DNA of 64,000 nucleotides from Escherichia coli (GTDB lineage Bacteria; Pseudomonadota; Gammaproteobacteria; Enterobacterales; Enterobacteriaceae): NCBI RefSeq assembly GCF_017348835.2, contig NZ_CP071375.1; one strand, 5' to 3'. Shown piece by piece: positions 48,599 to 57,770 of this stretch (position 1 is its first letter; each line of letters starts with the position of its first letter). The notes under the pieces were generated by a model. It saw only the letters and a program-made list of their open reading frames with translations, ran no database searches and was not told where the DNA came from. The position numbers and the translations under genes were made by a program.

Positions 48599-49327
48599 AT
48601 GCAGCTAACAGGAACTCTTGTGGTCATCGGTCCTTTTATCAACGCATGTGCAGTATTACTGGGTGGCGTGCTCGGTGCACTGCTTAGCCAACGCTTACCG
48701 GAACGTATCCGCGTCTCCATGACATCAATTTTTGGTCTGGCATCGCTGGGGATTGGTATTTTACTGGTGGTGAAATGCGCCAACCTTCCGGCGATGGTTT
48801 TAGCAACCTTACTCGGAGCATTAATCGGCGAAATTTGTCTGCTGGAGAAAGGCGTCAATACAGCGGTCGCCAAAGCACAAAATCTGTTTCGTCACTCACG
48901 TAAGAAGCCAGCGCATGAATCTTTTATTCAGAATTATGTCGCGATTATTGTCCTGTTTTGCGCCAGCGGCACCGGGATCTTCGGGGCGATGAACGAAGGG
49001 ATGACCGGCGATCCGAGTATTTTAATCGCCAAGTCATTTCTTGATTTCTTTACGGCGATGATCTTCGCCTGCTCGCTGGGTATTGCGGTATCGGTGATTA
49101 GTATCCCATTACTGATCATCCAGTTAACGCTGGCGTGGGCTGCCGCGCTGATATTACCGCTGACCACACCGTCGATGATGGCAGACTTCAGCGCCGTAGG
49201 CGGTTTATTGCTGCTGGCAACCGGATTACGCATCTGTGGCATTAAAATGTTCCCGGTGGTCAACATGCTTCCAGCACTCCTTCTGGCAATGCCGCTTTCC
49301 GCCGCCTGGACCGCCTGGTATGCCTAA
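48599..49327 (+). CDS. yqgA: YqgA (DUF554) inner-membrane protein
   Basis: 242-aa polytopic ORF immediately upstream of pheV. Confidence 0.85.
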
Positions 49328-49432
49328 CAATGCGTGCAATAGCGGCAAAGTGATGATAGATTGTGCAGTCTGCAGTAAATTGAAGAAATTTGATTGACGA
49401 GACGAGGCGAATCAGGTTTAATGCGCCCCGTT

Positions 49433-49508
49433 GCCCGGATAGCTCAGTCGGTAGAGCAGGGGATTGAAAATCCCCGTGTCCTTGGTTCGATTCCGAGTCC
49501 GGGCACCA
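49433..49508 (+). tRNA. pheV: tRNA-Phe (GAA anticodon)
   Basis: gcccggatagctcagtcggtagagcaggggattgaaaatccccgtgtccttggttcgattccgagtccgggcacca; cloverleaf with anticodon loop ttGAAaa; yqgA upstream. Confidence 0.95.
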
Positions 49509-49621
49509 CTATTCAAAGCCGGTTGGTCAGATTTGCAAGATGCAATCCTGACGGACACGAAGGCGAGCCAGTAAAAACACGATGTAACGCTGTTACTTGT
49601 CGTTGAAAGAAAGGCTCTTGA

Positions 49622-49654
49622 GAAACAGACTTGTTCGAGCAAGTCTGTTTTTTC
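49622..49654 (+). terminator. Rho-independent terminator after pheV
   Basis: aacagacttg-ttcgag-caagtctgtt hairpin followed by T-run. Confidence 0.7.
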
Positions 49655-49720
49655 GTGCGTGATCTTTACAGATCTTCGTTGCGAATGTCAAATTGTGTCA
49701 GCGCCACATTCATCGGGCCG

Positions 49721-50704
49721 CTACATCAACTCTGTTTCCAGTATATTCCGCAGACTATCAACATTTTCATCAATGTATTCCAGCGTCGATGTGATGCTGA
49801 CGTGCCCTAACAATTTCTTCACCACATACAGGTTACGTTCCGGTGACTTCATCATGTGCGTTGCCACCGTGTGCCGGAATCGATGCGGGGATATCGTAAA
49901 CTTACACTCTCGGGACAAACGCTTGAAGAACGCCCGTAGCGGGTATTCGTTCATCACCTCAGGGTATTTTTTCTTTCTGACCAGGTCGAACCATCCCACG
50001 TTAAATAGTTGGTCATCCAGCTCCATGCCAACTTCGCCTGCTCTGAGAACCAGTAACTCCAGCGACGGATACAGCGCCGAAACAATCGGAACGCGATGCT
50101 CCCGATGGTTTTTAGCCCCTTCAATATTCAAATCAATCCACTGTTCCTCAAGATTGATATCGCCGAGCCGGATATGCAGGAGCTGGTTTTGCCGGATAGC
50201 CGTATAGCGAAAAACATTCATTACCGTCAGCCAGAACCACACCGGGCGTAGTGCATTTCTGCGACCATTGAACATGCTGCTGTTCCCTTTCCTTCCCTCA
50301 GTTTCCAGATGCCGCTCCATCAGACGGTACATCGCATCCATTTGCGTCTGCGTCAGCGTCTTCTTCTTTTTCGTTCCGGGACGTACCACCGCGCCGTTAA
50401 ATGGATTCTCAGCCTGTGGTAATAATCCCTGCTTAATACCAAAATTGAACAGCGCCCTCATATGGGCAACTTTGTTATTCCACGTCCGGGTGGCACAGTT
50501 TTGGTCATTCAGTACCCGATGCCGCCATTTCAGCACCGTAAGATGATCGATATTTGCAGGGTTATGCGGTGTAAAGCCTTCAAACGAGCGAACCACTTTC
50601 TGGTAACTCCACTCAGTCGCTGGTCGTAATGATTTGCTGTAAAAGTAGTGTTCAGTTAACGTCCCAAATGTACAAACATTCATAAGAATATCCTTATATA
50701 ACAA
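49721..50704 (-). CDS. Tyrosine-type site-specific integrase
   Basis: 327-aa ORF with C-terminal HRFRHT ... LLGHVSITSTLEY motifs typical of tyrosine recombinases; adjacent to the tRNA 3' end. Confidence 0.8.
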   Translation of the reverse strand: MLYKDILMNVCTFGTLTEHYFYSKSLRPATEWSYQKVVRSFEGFTPHNPANIDHLTVLKWRHRVLNDQNCATRTWNNKVAHMRALFNFGIKQGLLPQAENPFNGAVVRPGTKKKKTLTQTQMDAMYRLMERHLETEGRKGNSSMFNGRRNALRPVWFWLTVMNVFRYTAIRQNQLLHIRLGDINLEEQWIDLNIEGAKNHREHRVPIVSALYPSLELLVLRAGEVGMELDDQLFNVGWFDLVRKKKYPEVMNEYPLRAFFKRLSRECKFTISPHRFRHTVATHMMKSPERNLYVVKKLLGHVSITSTLEYIDENVDSLRNILETELM

Positions 50705-52085
50705 TCAATAACGGGTTATCCGTTGAATTGTTATCACTGCCGTACACTTTACTGGCAAGTACCAGATAGCCGCTCAGTTTTTGGAAGCGCCCTTCCCGCT
50801 GTTCATTCTGATACAGCTGACAGGTATACATCGTGCCATTGTCCTGCCGGTGATGACCCAGCCGCTCAAATGCTTTCTGAAGCCGGGCCTTATCCTCTCC
50901 CGGTGCATTCGTCTCTGTCATATACTGGTGAAAAATCCCTGGCGCACGCAGAAACACGTAACCAGCGACCAGATGAATCCGCCCGTCAGGTTTGTTCGGA
51001 ATCAGACTTCCTGAGCGGCATCCTGTAACCAGCCATTGCCAGAATGCCTCTCCGGGATCGTTCAACTCGGCGGATAACGTGATTTCTCCGGTTTCTGCTT
51101 CATCAGCGCTAGCGAAACCCATCATTGCCAGCAACGCATCAGTATCATCCGGCCCTTCCTGCTCATCCGAGAATATCGGCTCTGCATCCGACACAGGAGC
51201 AGGTTCCGCTACCGGAAGGATTTCCTCTTCGGAATACGACACAACCAGCCCCGGCGCATCATCAGCTAATCCGGACAGCAACGTATCACCCTGCAATGAT
51301 TCATCCTGAACTGGAATAATTATCGCCGGAACAGCCGGTTGCTCGCCTTCCGGTGCGCCAGCAGTGAGGCGAATAGCTTCAGACACAATGGCATTGACCA
51401 CGCCCGACTGTGCCCGAAAGCCGGTCAGGTACGTTGACAGGGTCTTAATAGCTTCCGGCCAGTTACTCAACCAGTTAATCGCTTCCGGAGGGATAATCTT
51501 CCACGCCAGCATTGCGCCAAAACTTTGCAACCGTTCCGGAGACTGTTCCGGCGCAAAGCGAAAGCGATAAGATTCTGGAGGCGCATCCGGTAACGGAAAC
51601 CAGCGTTTACCGTTCTCCAGCTCGACGTGGAGATGACAAAGATATTCAAGCGAAGACAGCATTGCCGCATAGACAACCACCGCATTCCAGGCCGCGCTTT
51701 GCGCCGCCTGTTCTTCTGACGGTGCGCCAACCGGTAACATGTAGCTTTTCGACAACCGCGCCGCATACGACACAGTTTCCAGCATATAGTCAGCCATACC
51801 TCCGGGACGGGCATATGGCCCACTTTCCGTAAGAGGAAATTGCTGCATCAGCGTCACACAATGCTCCAGTGGAGCAAGGTAATACTGTCGATACATATCT
51901 TTTGGCAGGGACGAATAATCCCAGAGTGATTGCAGCCATTGTTGACGGCGCGTTGTCGCCAGCAGTTCTCTGCCGGGCATAGGCCGGAAGTAGCCTGGAG
52001 GCAAAGAAGGTTTTATCGCCTCAACTATCGGAGGGGCATCCGGGCGTGAACGCCCCGGACGAAGAAGAGATTTCAGATTCAACAT
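50694..52085 (-). CDS. Hypothetical island protein, translationally coupled to the integrase
   Basis: 463-aa ORF; stop overlaps integrase start by 11 nt; acidic Pro/Glu/Asp-rich central segment; no catalytic motif recognised. Confidence 0.5.
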   Translation of the reverse strand: MLNLKSLLRPGRSRPDAPPIVEAIKPSLPPGYFRPMPGRELLATTRRQQWLQSLWDYSSLPKDMYRQYYLAPLEHCVTLMQQFPLTESGPYARPGGMADYMLETVSYAARLSKSYMLPVGAPSEEQAAQSAAWNAVVVYAAMLSSLEYLCHLHVELENGKRWFPLPDAPPESYRFRFAPEQSPERLQSFGAMLAWKIIPPEAINWLSNWPEAIKTLSTYLTGFRAQSGVVNAIVSEAIRLTAGAPEGEQPAVPAIIIPVQDESLQGDTLLSGLADDAPGLVVSYSEEEILPVAEPAPVSDAEPIFSDEQEGPDDTDALLAMMGFASADEAETGEITLSAELNDPGEAFWQWLVTGCRSGSLIPNKPDGRIHLVAGYVFLRAPGIFHQYMTETNAPGEDKARLQKAFERLGHHRQDNGTMYTCQLYQNEQREGRFQKLSGYLVLASKVYGSDNNSTDNPLLIVI

Positions 52086-52180
52086 AGCGGAAGCCTGTTA
52101 AGTGGAAATTCCGCTACGTTAAACGCTGGTTCTCATTGGGCAATCAACAACTCATAATTCGATTTTGAACTTTTCACCTG

Positions 52181-53050
52181 TCAGGCCAAGACGCTTCTGG
52201 CAAGATCAACAAGGTCCATTTTTCTGTAAGCCTCATTTTTACTGTTTATCAGCCTCAGGAAATCGCCATATTCGAAAGCAATAGTCTTTTTGTATACCGT
52301 TTCCTGTTTTGAGTTTGCGATATTGAAATCGATACTTTCAGACAAAGTATGCTGCTCTACATGGCGACGGTGTTTGATGAAACTAAAACTTAAGTCGCAA
52401 AAATTTTTTTCATCTTTAGTAGTAAGTTTCCCTTTGTCGTTAAAAATTAATTCGGTTCGTTTGGTACAAAGTTCTTCCAGCATATTTTTGTCGTAGAATA
52501 TGCGCCCTTTCACCCACTTAGCCTGCATCATATAAGCGAACACCCAAGGGATATTCTGTCTTGTCGCCCCTCTATAACGCCATCCTTCAGCCAGCCGGTA
52601 ATCTTCCAGCATCTGTTTCGACAAGGCCTCCGAAATTCTCATCCCGATGCCCTTTTCTAACAAATAAATAACCCGGTCAAATTGCTCAATTAAGGTTTTT
52701 TTTATCAATAGCGCAAGTTCACTACCCTCTGCTCGCCGAGCATCTTTCGTTAGACTCTTATTCTTGCTGGCATATGGGCACCACTCATATTCCTCCTTAT
52801 CAACACGCCCTTTCAACGGTACAGCCACTGCACCGGCAGTCGGGAAGAAGTGCTTCCCATACGGCGCATCACGTTCAAGCATTCCAATAATCTGGATCGG
52901 GTTGTCACAAGCCGGACAAACCGCAAACCATCCCCGGTGACCATTGATTGGCTGATACCAGGGTGCCTGCTTTTTAGTTGCGAGATCAAAGTTCTCCTGA
53001 GTGATCTTGTGAACCTGCTGTGTATCAACGGAAATTTTGAATACATCCAT
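52181..53050 (-). CDS. Hypothetical protein (289 aa), downstream gene of a two-gene cassette
   Basis: ORF with Cys pairs CPAC and EWCPY; Lys/Glu-rich C-terminal half; AT-rich codon usage. Confidence 0.5.
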   Translation of the reverse strand: MDVFKISVDTQQVHKITQENFDLATKKQAPWYQPINGHRGWFAVCPACDNPIQIIGMLERDAPYGKHFFPTAGAVAVPLKGRVDKEEYEWCPYASKNKSLTKDARRAEGSELALLIKKTLIEQFDRVIYLLEKGIGMRISEALSKQMLEDYRLAEGWRYRGATRQNIPWVFAYMMQAKWVKGRIFYDKNMLEELCTKRTELIFNDKGKLTTKDEKNFCDLSFSFIKHRRHVEQHTLSESIDFNIANSKQETVYKKTIAFEYGDFLRLINSKNEAYRKMDLVDLARSVLA

Positions 53051-53059
53051 TGTTATGCC

Positions 53060-53284
53060 TCATGACGGGTATCCCAGCGCAGTATGGTTAGCGATAAGAC
53101 ACCACCAATCCGCGCCAATTTCAGGTACATGGCCGTGTTCCTCTGCCACCTTCAGACATGAGAGTACCGTTTCAAGGGAAACGGCGAAATGATCATGACC
53201 ATTATCAAGCACAAAAACTGCACTGCTGTCACAGCAGTCAACATCAATATGAGTACGCGTTACAGCTGGAATGTTCTCTTTCAT
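53060..53284 (-). CDS. Hypothetical small protein (74 aa), upstream gene of the cassette
   Basis: ORF ends 10 bp before the 289-aa gene starts; His/Asp/Cys-rich (HIDVDCCD...GHDH...HGH); an in-frame stop about 15 codons upstream rules out a longer gene. Confidence 0.35.
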   Translation of the reverse strand: MKENIPAVTRTHIDVDCCDSSAVFVLDNGHDHFAVSLETVLSCLKVAEEHGHVPEIGADWWCLIANHTALGYPS

Positions 53285-53610
53285 CAGTAAGGCCTTTTTA
53301 TTGGATAAAAACGAAACATATCTCGATGAGCTAAGTGAACAATCAAAAACTCTATCCTCAAAAATGAAAAATACTCCAGCCGAAGCATCCAGATAAATAT
53401 CTTCAGTAGTACTTAGTGCTGATGTCCGTCCTAATGATTGCCCACGAAGTTTTATATCCTGTACGATAAATTAAAAAAACCTTATCTTATCAATAAGAAT
53501 TCGTCACTCAGGACGTGAAATGATGAAAGAGAAAAAAACATCTCTCAACAATAATGTGAACCGCCCCGGAAATCCTGGAGACTAAACTCCCTGAGAAAGA
53601 GGTAAACAGG

Positions 53611-53937
53611 ATGACTAAAAATACTCGTTTTTCCCCCGAAGTCCGTCAGCGGGCGATTCGTATGGTTCTGGAAAGTCAGGATGAATATGACTCACAGTGG
53701 GCGGCAATTTGTTCCATTGCCCCAAAGATTGGCTGTACGCCGGAGACTCTGCGTGTCTGGGTTCGCCAGCATGAGCGGGATACCGGGAGTGGTGATGGTG
53801 GACTCACCACCGCTGAACGTCAGCGTCTGAAAGAGCTGGAACGTGAAAATCGTGAACTGCGCCGCAGTAACGATATCCTTCGCCAGGCTTCCGCTTATTT
53901 TGCGAAGGCGGAGTTCGACCGCCTCTGGAAAAAATAA
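53611..53937 (+). CDS. IS629-like transposase OrfA
   Basis: 108-aa [25 protein letters not shown]... with helix-turn-helix and leucine-zipper region. Confidence 0.85.
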   Translation: MTKNTRFSPEVRQRAIRMVLESQDEYDSQWAAICSIAPKIGCTPETLRVWVRQHERDTGSGDGGLTTAERQRLKELERENRELRRSNDILRQASAYFAKAEFDRLWKK

Positions 53938-54824
53938 TGCCACTGCTGGATAAGCTGCGTGAGCAGTACGGGGTCGGACCGGTATGCAGCGAACTGCATA
54001 TTGCCCCGTCAACGTATTACCATTGTCAGCAACAGCGACATCATCCGGATAAACGCAGTGCCCGTGCGCAGCACGATGACTGGCTGAAGAAAGAGATACA
54101 GCGCGTATACGATGAAAATCACCAGGTATACGGTGTGCGTAAAGTCTGGCGTCAGTTGTTACGGGAAGGTATCAGAGTGGCCAGATGCACTGTGGCACGT
54201 CTCATGGCAGTTATGGGACTTGCCGGTGTTCTCCGGGGTAAAAAGGTCCGCACTACCGTCAGCCGGAAAGCCGTTGCCGCATGCGACCGCGTAAACCGTC
54301 AGTTCGTGGCAGAACATCCAGACCAGTTGTGGGTGGCTGATTTTACCTGGGTAAGCACATGGCAGGGCTTCGTTTATGTGGCGTTCATCATTGATGTGTT
54401 CGCCGGATACATCGTGGGATGGCAGGTCTCATCATCCATGGAAACAACATTCGTGCTGGATGCACTGGAGCAGGCGTTGTGGGCCCGTCGGCCGTCCGGC
54501 ACAATCCATCACAGTGATAAAGGTTCTCAGTATGTATCGCTGGCCTACACGCAGCGGCTTAAGGAAGCCGGATTACTGGCATCAACAGGGAGTACTGGCG
54601 ACTCGTATGACAACGCGATGGCGGAGAGCATCAATGGTCTTTACAAAGCGGAGGTAATACACCGTAAGAGCTGGAAAAACCGTGCAGAAGTGGAACTGGC
54701 CACACTCACGTGGGTGGACTGGTATAACAATCGACGATTGCTGGAAAGGCTGGGCCATATTCCTCCGGCAGAAGCAGAAAAAGCTTATTATGCTTCCATC
54801 GGAAATAATGATCTGGCAGCCTGA
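53937..54824 (+). CDS. IS629-like transposase OrfB (DDE catalytic domain)
   Basis: 295-aa ORF overlapping orfA; IS3-family integrase-core sequence. Confidence 0.85.
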   Translation: MPLLDKLREQYGVGPVCSELHIAPSTYYHCQQQRHHPDKRSARAQHDDWLKKEIQRVYDENHQVYGVRKVWRQLLREGIRVARCTVARLMAVMGLAGVLRGKKVRTTVSRKAVAACDRVNRQFVAEHPDQLWVADFTWVSTWQGFVYVAFIIDVFAGYIVGWQVSSSMETTFVLDALEQALWARRPSGTIHHSDKGSQYVSLAYTQRLKEAGLLASTGSTGDSYDNAMAESINGLYKAEVIHRKSWKNRAEVELATLTWVDWYNNRRLLERLGHIPPAEAEKAYYASIGNNDLAA

Positions 54825-55704
54825 GTTCACAGATAAAACACTCTCCAGGAAACCCGGGGCGGTTCACTCCGCTACACGGGTAGCGATCTTTGAACGATCC
54901 GCAATAGTTTTAAACCCACCGCCGCCCTGCCTTGCCAGCGTGACGAGCTGCTTACTTAATTTAGACATATCTGTCCTCCTTCACTAAGAAATACAGATCA
55001 AGATCTTCTCCCAAAATAAGGAAACGAGCACGATCTGTATTCTGGATTTTCACACAGAACTGATACATCTGGCCCCGACGGTACGGTTAGGTTTTGCGCT
55101 TCCTGCGTCTCGACTGATATCTGTGCATCGGGGTGACAATATGTTGAGTTTTTACGAGGTTCCCCAGCTCGCAGAGCTGTTCGCGGCGTATGCCGTCCTG
55201 ACGTTAGTCAGACTACCTCCATACGTCAGCTTTCACTGACATTGCCATCGATACCGAGTCGAATTTTCTCCTGAAGTTGATACGTCTGCTCTCATGGTTT
55301 CTCCGTGAATGGATGCGTTCCGTGATAAGACGTTATGGTTAAAAAGTGTGCTTAAAGATGCTATTTCCCCAGTCTGAACACCGTGACTACGTGTGCGTCA
55401 GACTGTACAGAGTGCTGAAAGACCGCATTCCGTCTGCTAAGACGGTGCCCTTTCGCGCAGCGTCACTTGGTATCGCTAACGCGCTTACACAAGTGACGCT
55501 GCACATATCCCGCCGCCAAATGCTGCCCTTGCAGATGCCAAATGTTCCAATTGGCATAGCAACGTGCCGCAAATGTTACCGGGATAAGCTGGACGTAAAT
55601 CCATAGAAAACAGCTTTAAGGATGTCGGGCAAACGTTGTTGCCCTGCGTTGAAGTGTACCTTTATCGCGTTTGCGATCACCGTTCTCAAAGGTTAAACGG
55701 TGTT

Positions 55705-55831
55705 ATCGCCCGAAGGCTTCGTCTCTCAGATTACGACGATTTTGGCTGCGGCCACCCGAAGGCATCAGTCTCAGGCCGCGCTTCTTTCCCTATGATATTG
55801 GCTTGCGATCACCCGAAGGCGCTTCTCTCAA
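55705..55831. repeat. Three direct repeats of a cccgaaggc...tctc motif, about 22-24 bp each
   Basis: atcgcccgaaggcttcgtctctcag / gccacccgaaggcatcagtctcag / atcacccgaaggcgcttctctcaa at roughly 46- and 57-bp spacing. Confidence 0.6.
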
Positions 55832-55992
55832 ATCGCTGGCACAGTTCCGCTTGCGCTGAAGCATTGGCTGTTGTCGGAGACAACGGTGTAACGCTCGGAG
55901 AATAAAACTTTCTATGAGATCTTTCAATATATTGCTTTAATTTTCAGCATCTATTAATCTCGATTTATAGCGACATTGATAGGGAAATATTA

Positions 55993-56421
55993 ATGGAAGG
56001 CGTAATAAAATGGTTCAGTGAAGAGAAAGGGTACGGATTCATCACTGCCGCGAATAATATAGATTACTATTTTCATGTCAGTGATATAAAAGGCTCATTG
56101 CTTCCTGAAAAGGGGCAAAATGCTCATTTTAATGCAGAATCGACATCTAAGGGCCATAGGGCAAAAAACATTACTCTTACAAAGAGTAATATTGCATCAG
56201 ATAATCGTCTGGATTTTTGCAAAAACTGTAATAAAAAAATCATTCCAAGAATGATTACCCACAGGGGTGAACCACAAAAAACCGTTTGCCCTTACTGTGC
56301 AACAGTAATAAAGAATTTCGATGAGAATTTTTTGTTGAAATTATCACAACCATATTTTATTTTTTCACTTACATGTCAAAAATGCTCTTTGTTTTTATCA
56401 TATGGATATTTAAGACCATAA
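55993..56421 (+). CDS. Cold-shock-domain protein with C-terminal zinc-ribbon
   Basis: 142-aa ORF; N-terminus KWFSEEKGYGFIT...YYFHVSDI fits the CspA-type OB fold; C-terminus CKNC...CPYC. Confidence 0.6.
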   Translation: MEGVIKWFSEEKGYGFITAANNIDYYFHVSDIKGSLLPEKGQNAHFNAESTSKGHRAKNITLTKSNIASDNRLDFCKNCNKKIIPRMITHRGEPQKTVCPYCATVIKNFDENFLLKLSQPYFIFSLTCQKCSLFLSYGYLRP

Positions 56422-56439
56422 CCACCAAAAGGAAATAAC

Positions 56440-56769
56440 ATGCCTGACAAAATTAAACTTGAGATATTTTCAATTGAATACAGGAAAACTATTTTTGATT
56501 TATATAAAGATACATTTGTTTGCATAGCTATCGCTGTATTAGGAGTTTACTTAATTAAAAATGACTATCAATTTGTTGGATGGTCAACTTATATTATTGC
56601 TGGTGCATTATCTATACTGGCATCGACCACCACCATTAAAATGATTGGAGACAAACGAAAGTCAGAGGAAACAAGTAACTCAGGATTCTTGCTGTTGTTA
56701 TTCTTCAGCCTGTTTTCGATAATAATTCTAGTTGCTGGTTTAGTTAAGGGGGTAAAGGATGTTATGTAA
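56440..56769 (+). CDS. Small membrane protein, three predicted TM helices
   Basis: 109-aa ORF 19 bp after the cold-shock-domain gene; hydrophobic segments FVCIAIAVLGVYLI, YIIAGALSILAS, FLLLLFFSLFSIIILVAGLV. Confidence 0.45.
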   Translation: MPDKIKLEIFSIEYRKTIFDLYKDTFVCIAIAVLGVYLIKNDYQFVGWSTYIIAGALSILASTTTIKMIGDKRKSEETSNSGFLLLLFFSLFSIIILVAGLVKGVKDVM

Positions 56770-56792
56770 ATATCAAAAAAGGAGTATGCTTA

Positions 56793-57005
56793 ATGAACAA
56801 TAATAATAAATCATCTAGCCAAGCAGACTTCTGGACAGTTTTGTTTAACGGAGTAACAGAGATCGTAAAAATGATCTTTTCTATAATCATAGCTATTGTT
56901 GTTGCCGGAAGCAAAACCCCCAGTACATCAGCCGAAGATAAAACATTACATACAGGTTATCGGCATAATAACGACAAATCTGTACATTTTGACAATGATG
57001 CTTAA
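56793..57005 (+). CDS. Small membrane protein, one predicted TM helix
   Basis: 70-aa ORF; hydrophobic core IVKMIFSIIIAIVVAG; same strand and AT-rich composition as the two upstream genes. Confidence 0.35.
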   Translation: MNNNNKSSSQADFWTVLFNGVTEIVKMIFSIIIAIVVAGSKTPSTSAEDKTLHTGYRHNNDKSVHFDNDA

Positions 57006-57039
57006 CCTAATAAATATCCTCCGGCATAGCCGGAGGTTT

Positions 57040-57770
57040 TTCAAATGCGCCTATAAGGCTCTCTTACCAGCCGCGCCCTAACAGGCGCACACGATCTGAC
57101 ATTTGCATCCAACTTCGTTACTTACGGCCCGTAAACGGGCTGCCCGGATAGGGAATCGATAACTGCTCTCCCATTTTATCCTCTTCAAGCTGGTGCTTTA
57201 TGTAATCCTGTATCTTCGCCGTGTTCTTACCCACTGTATCGACGTAGTACCCTCTGCACCAGAACTCCCTGTTCCTGTATTTGAATTTCAAATCACCAAA
57301 CTGCTCGTAAAGCATCAGACTGCTTTTCCCTTTCAGATATCCCATAAAGCCGGATACGCTCATTTTGGGCGGGATCTCCACAAGCATATGGATATGATCT
57401 GCACAGCATTCAGCTTCCAGAATCCGTACACTTTTCCACTCACACAGCTTTCTCAAAATACTGCCTATTGCTCTACGCTTCTCTCTGTAGAACACCTGTC
57501 TTCGGTATTTTGGCGCAAAAACTATGCGATATTTACAGTTCCATCGGGTGTGCGCTAAGCTCTTTTCGTTCCCCATTGGGACCCCCTTTTGATTTCTTGT
57601 TTGACACTTGCAGTTGCCAGACCGCAAGGTGTTTTAACAAATCAAAAGGGGTTTTAATAACTGGCTCAAAGCTGAAAGCTTTCCGCAACCCCCAGCCTAG
57701 CTGGGGGTTTTCTGTGCACAAAAAAATAGGCAGTGAAACAGAACCCACTGCCTATCTCATAAAGTTAACC
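57040..57770 (-). mobile_element. IS200/IS605-family element (IS200-like)
   Basis: Single tnpA plus terminal hairpins (cccccagcctagctggggg; taggcagtg...cactgccta); about 0.7 kb; ends approximate. Confidence 0.6.
57118..57576 (-). CDS. tnpA: IS200-type transposase TnpA (Y1/HUH)
   Basis: ORF 57118..57627 trimmed to MGNEKSLAHTRWNCKYRIVFAPKYRRQVF...; HxH motif DHIHMLVEIPPK and catalytic Tyr region. Confidence 0.8.
   Translation of the reverse strand: MGNEKSLAHTRWNCKYRIVFAPKYRRQVFYREKRRAIGSILRKLCEWKSVRILEAECCADHIHMLVEIPPKMSVSGFMGYLKGKSSLMLYEQFGDLKFKYRNREFWCRGYYVDTVGKNTAKIQDYIKHQLEEDKMGEQLSIPYPGSPFTGRK

Larger units (their letters stand above)
53557..54866 (+). mobile_element. IS3-family insertion sequence, IS629/IS1203-like
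   Basis: Terminal inverted repeats tgaaccgccccgg... and ...ccggggcggttca; orfA/orfB with -1 frame overlap; about 1.31 kb; ends approximate. Confidence 0.8.

Noticed and set aside
55350-55990. Possible retron non-coding RNA, given the nested inverted repeats
   Set aside because: No reverse-transcriptase gene is adjacent (the next gene is the cold-shock-domain protein), so the retron hypothesis is unsupported; reported only as a structured region.
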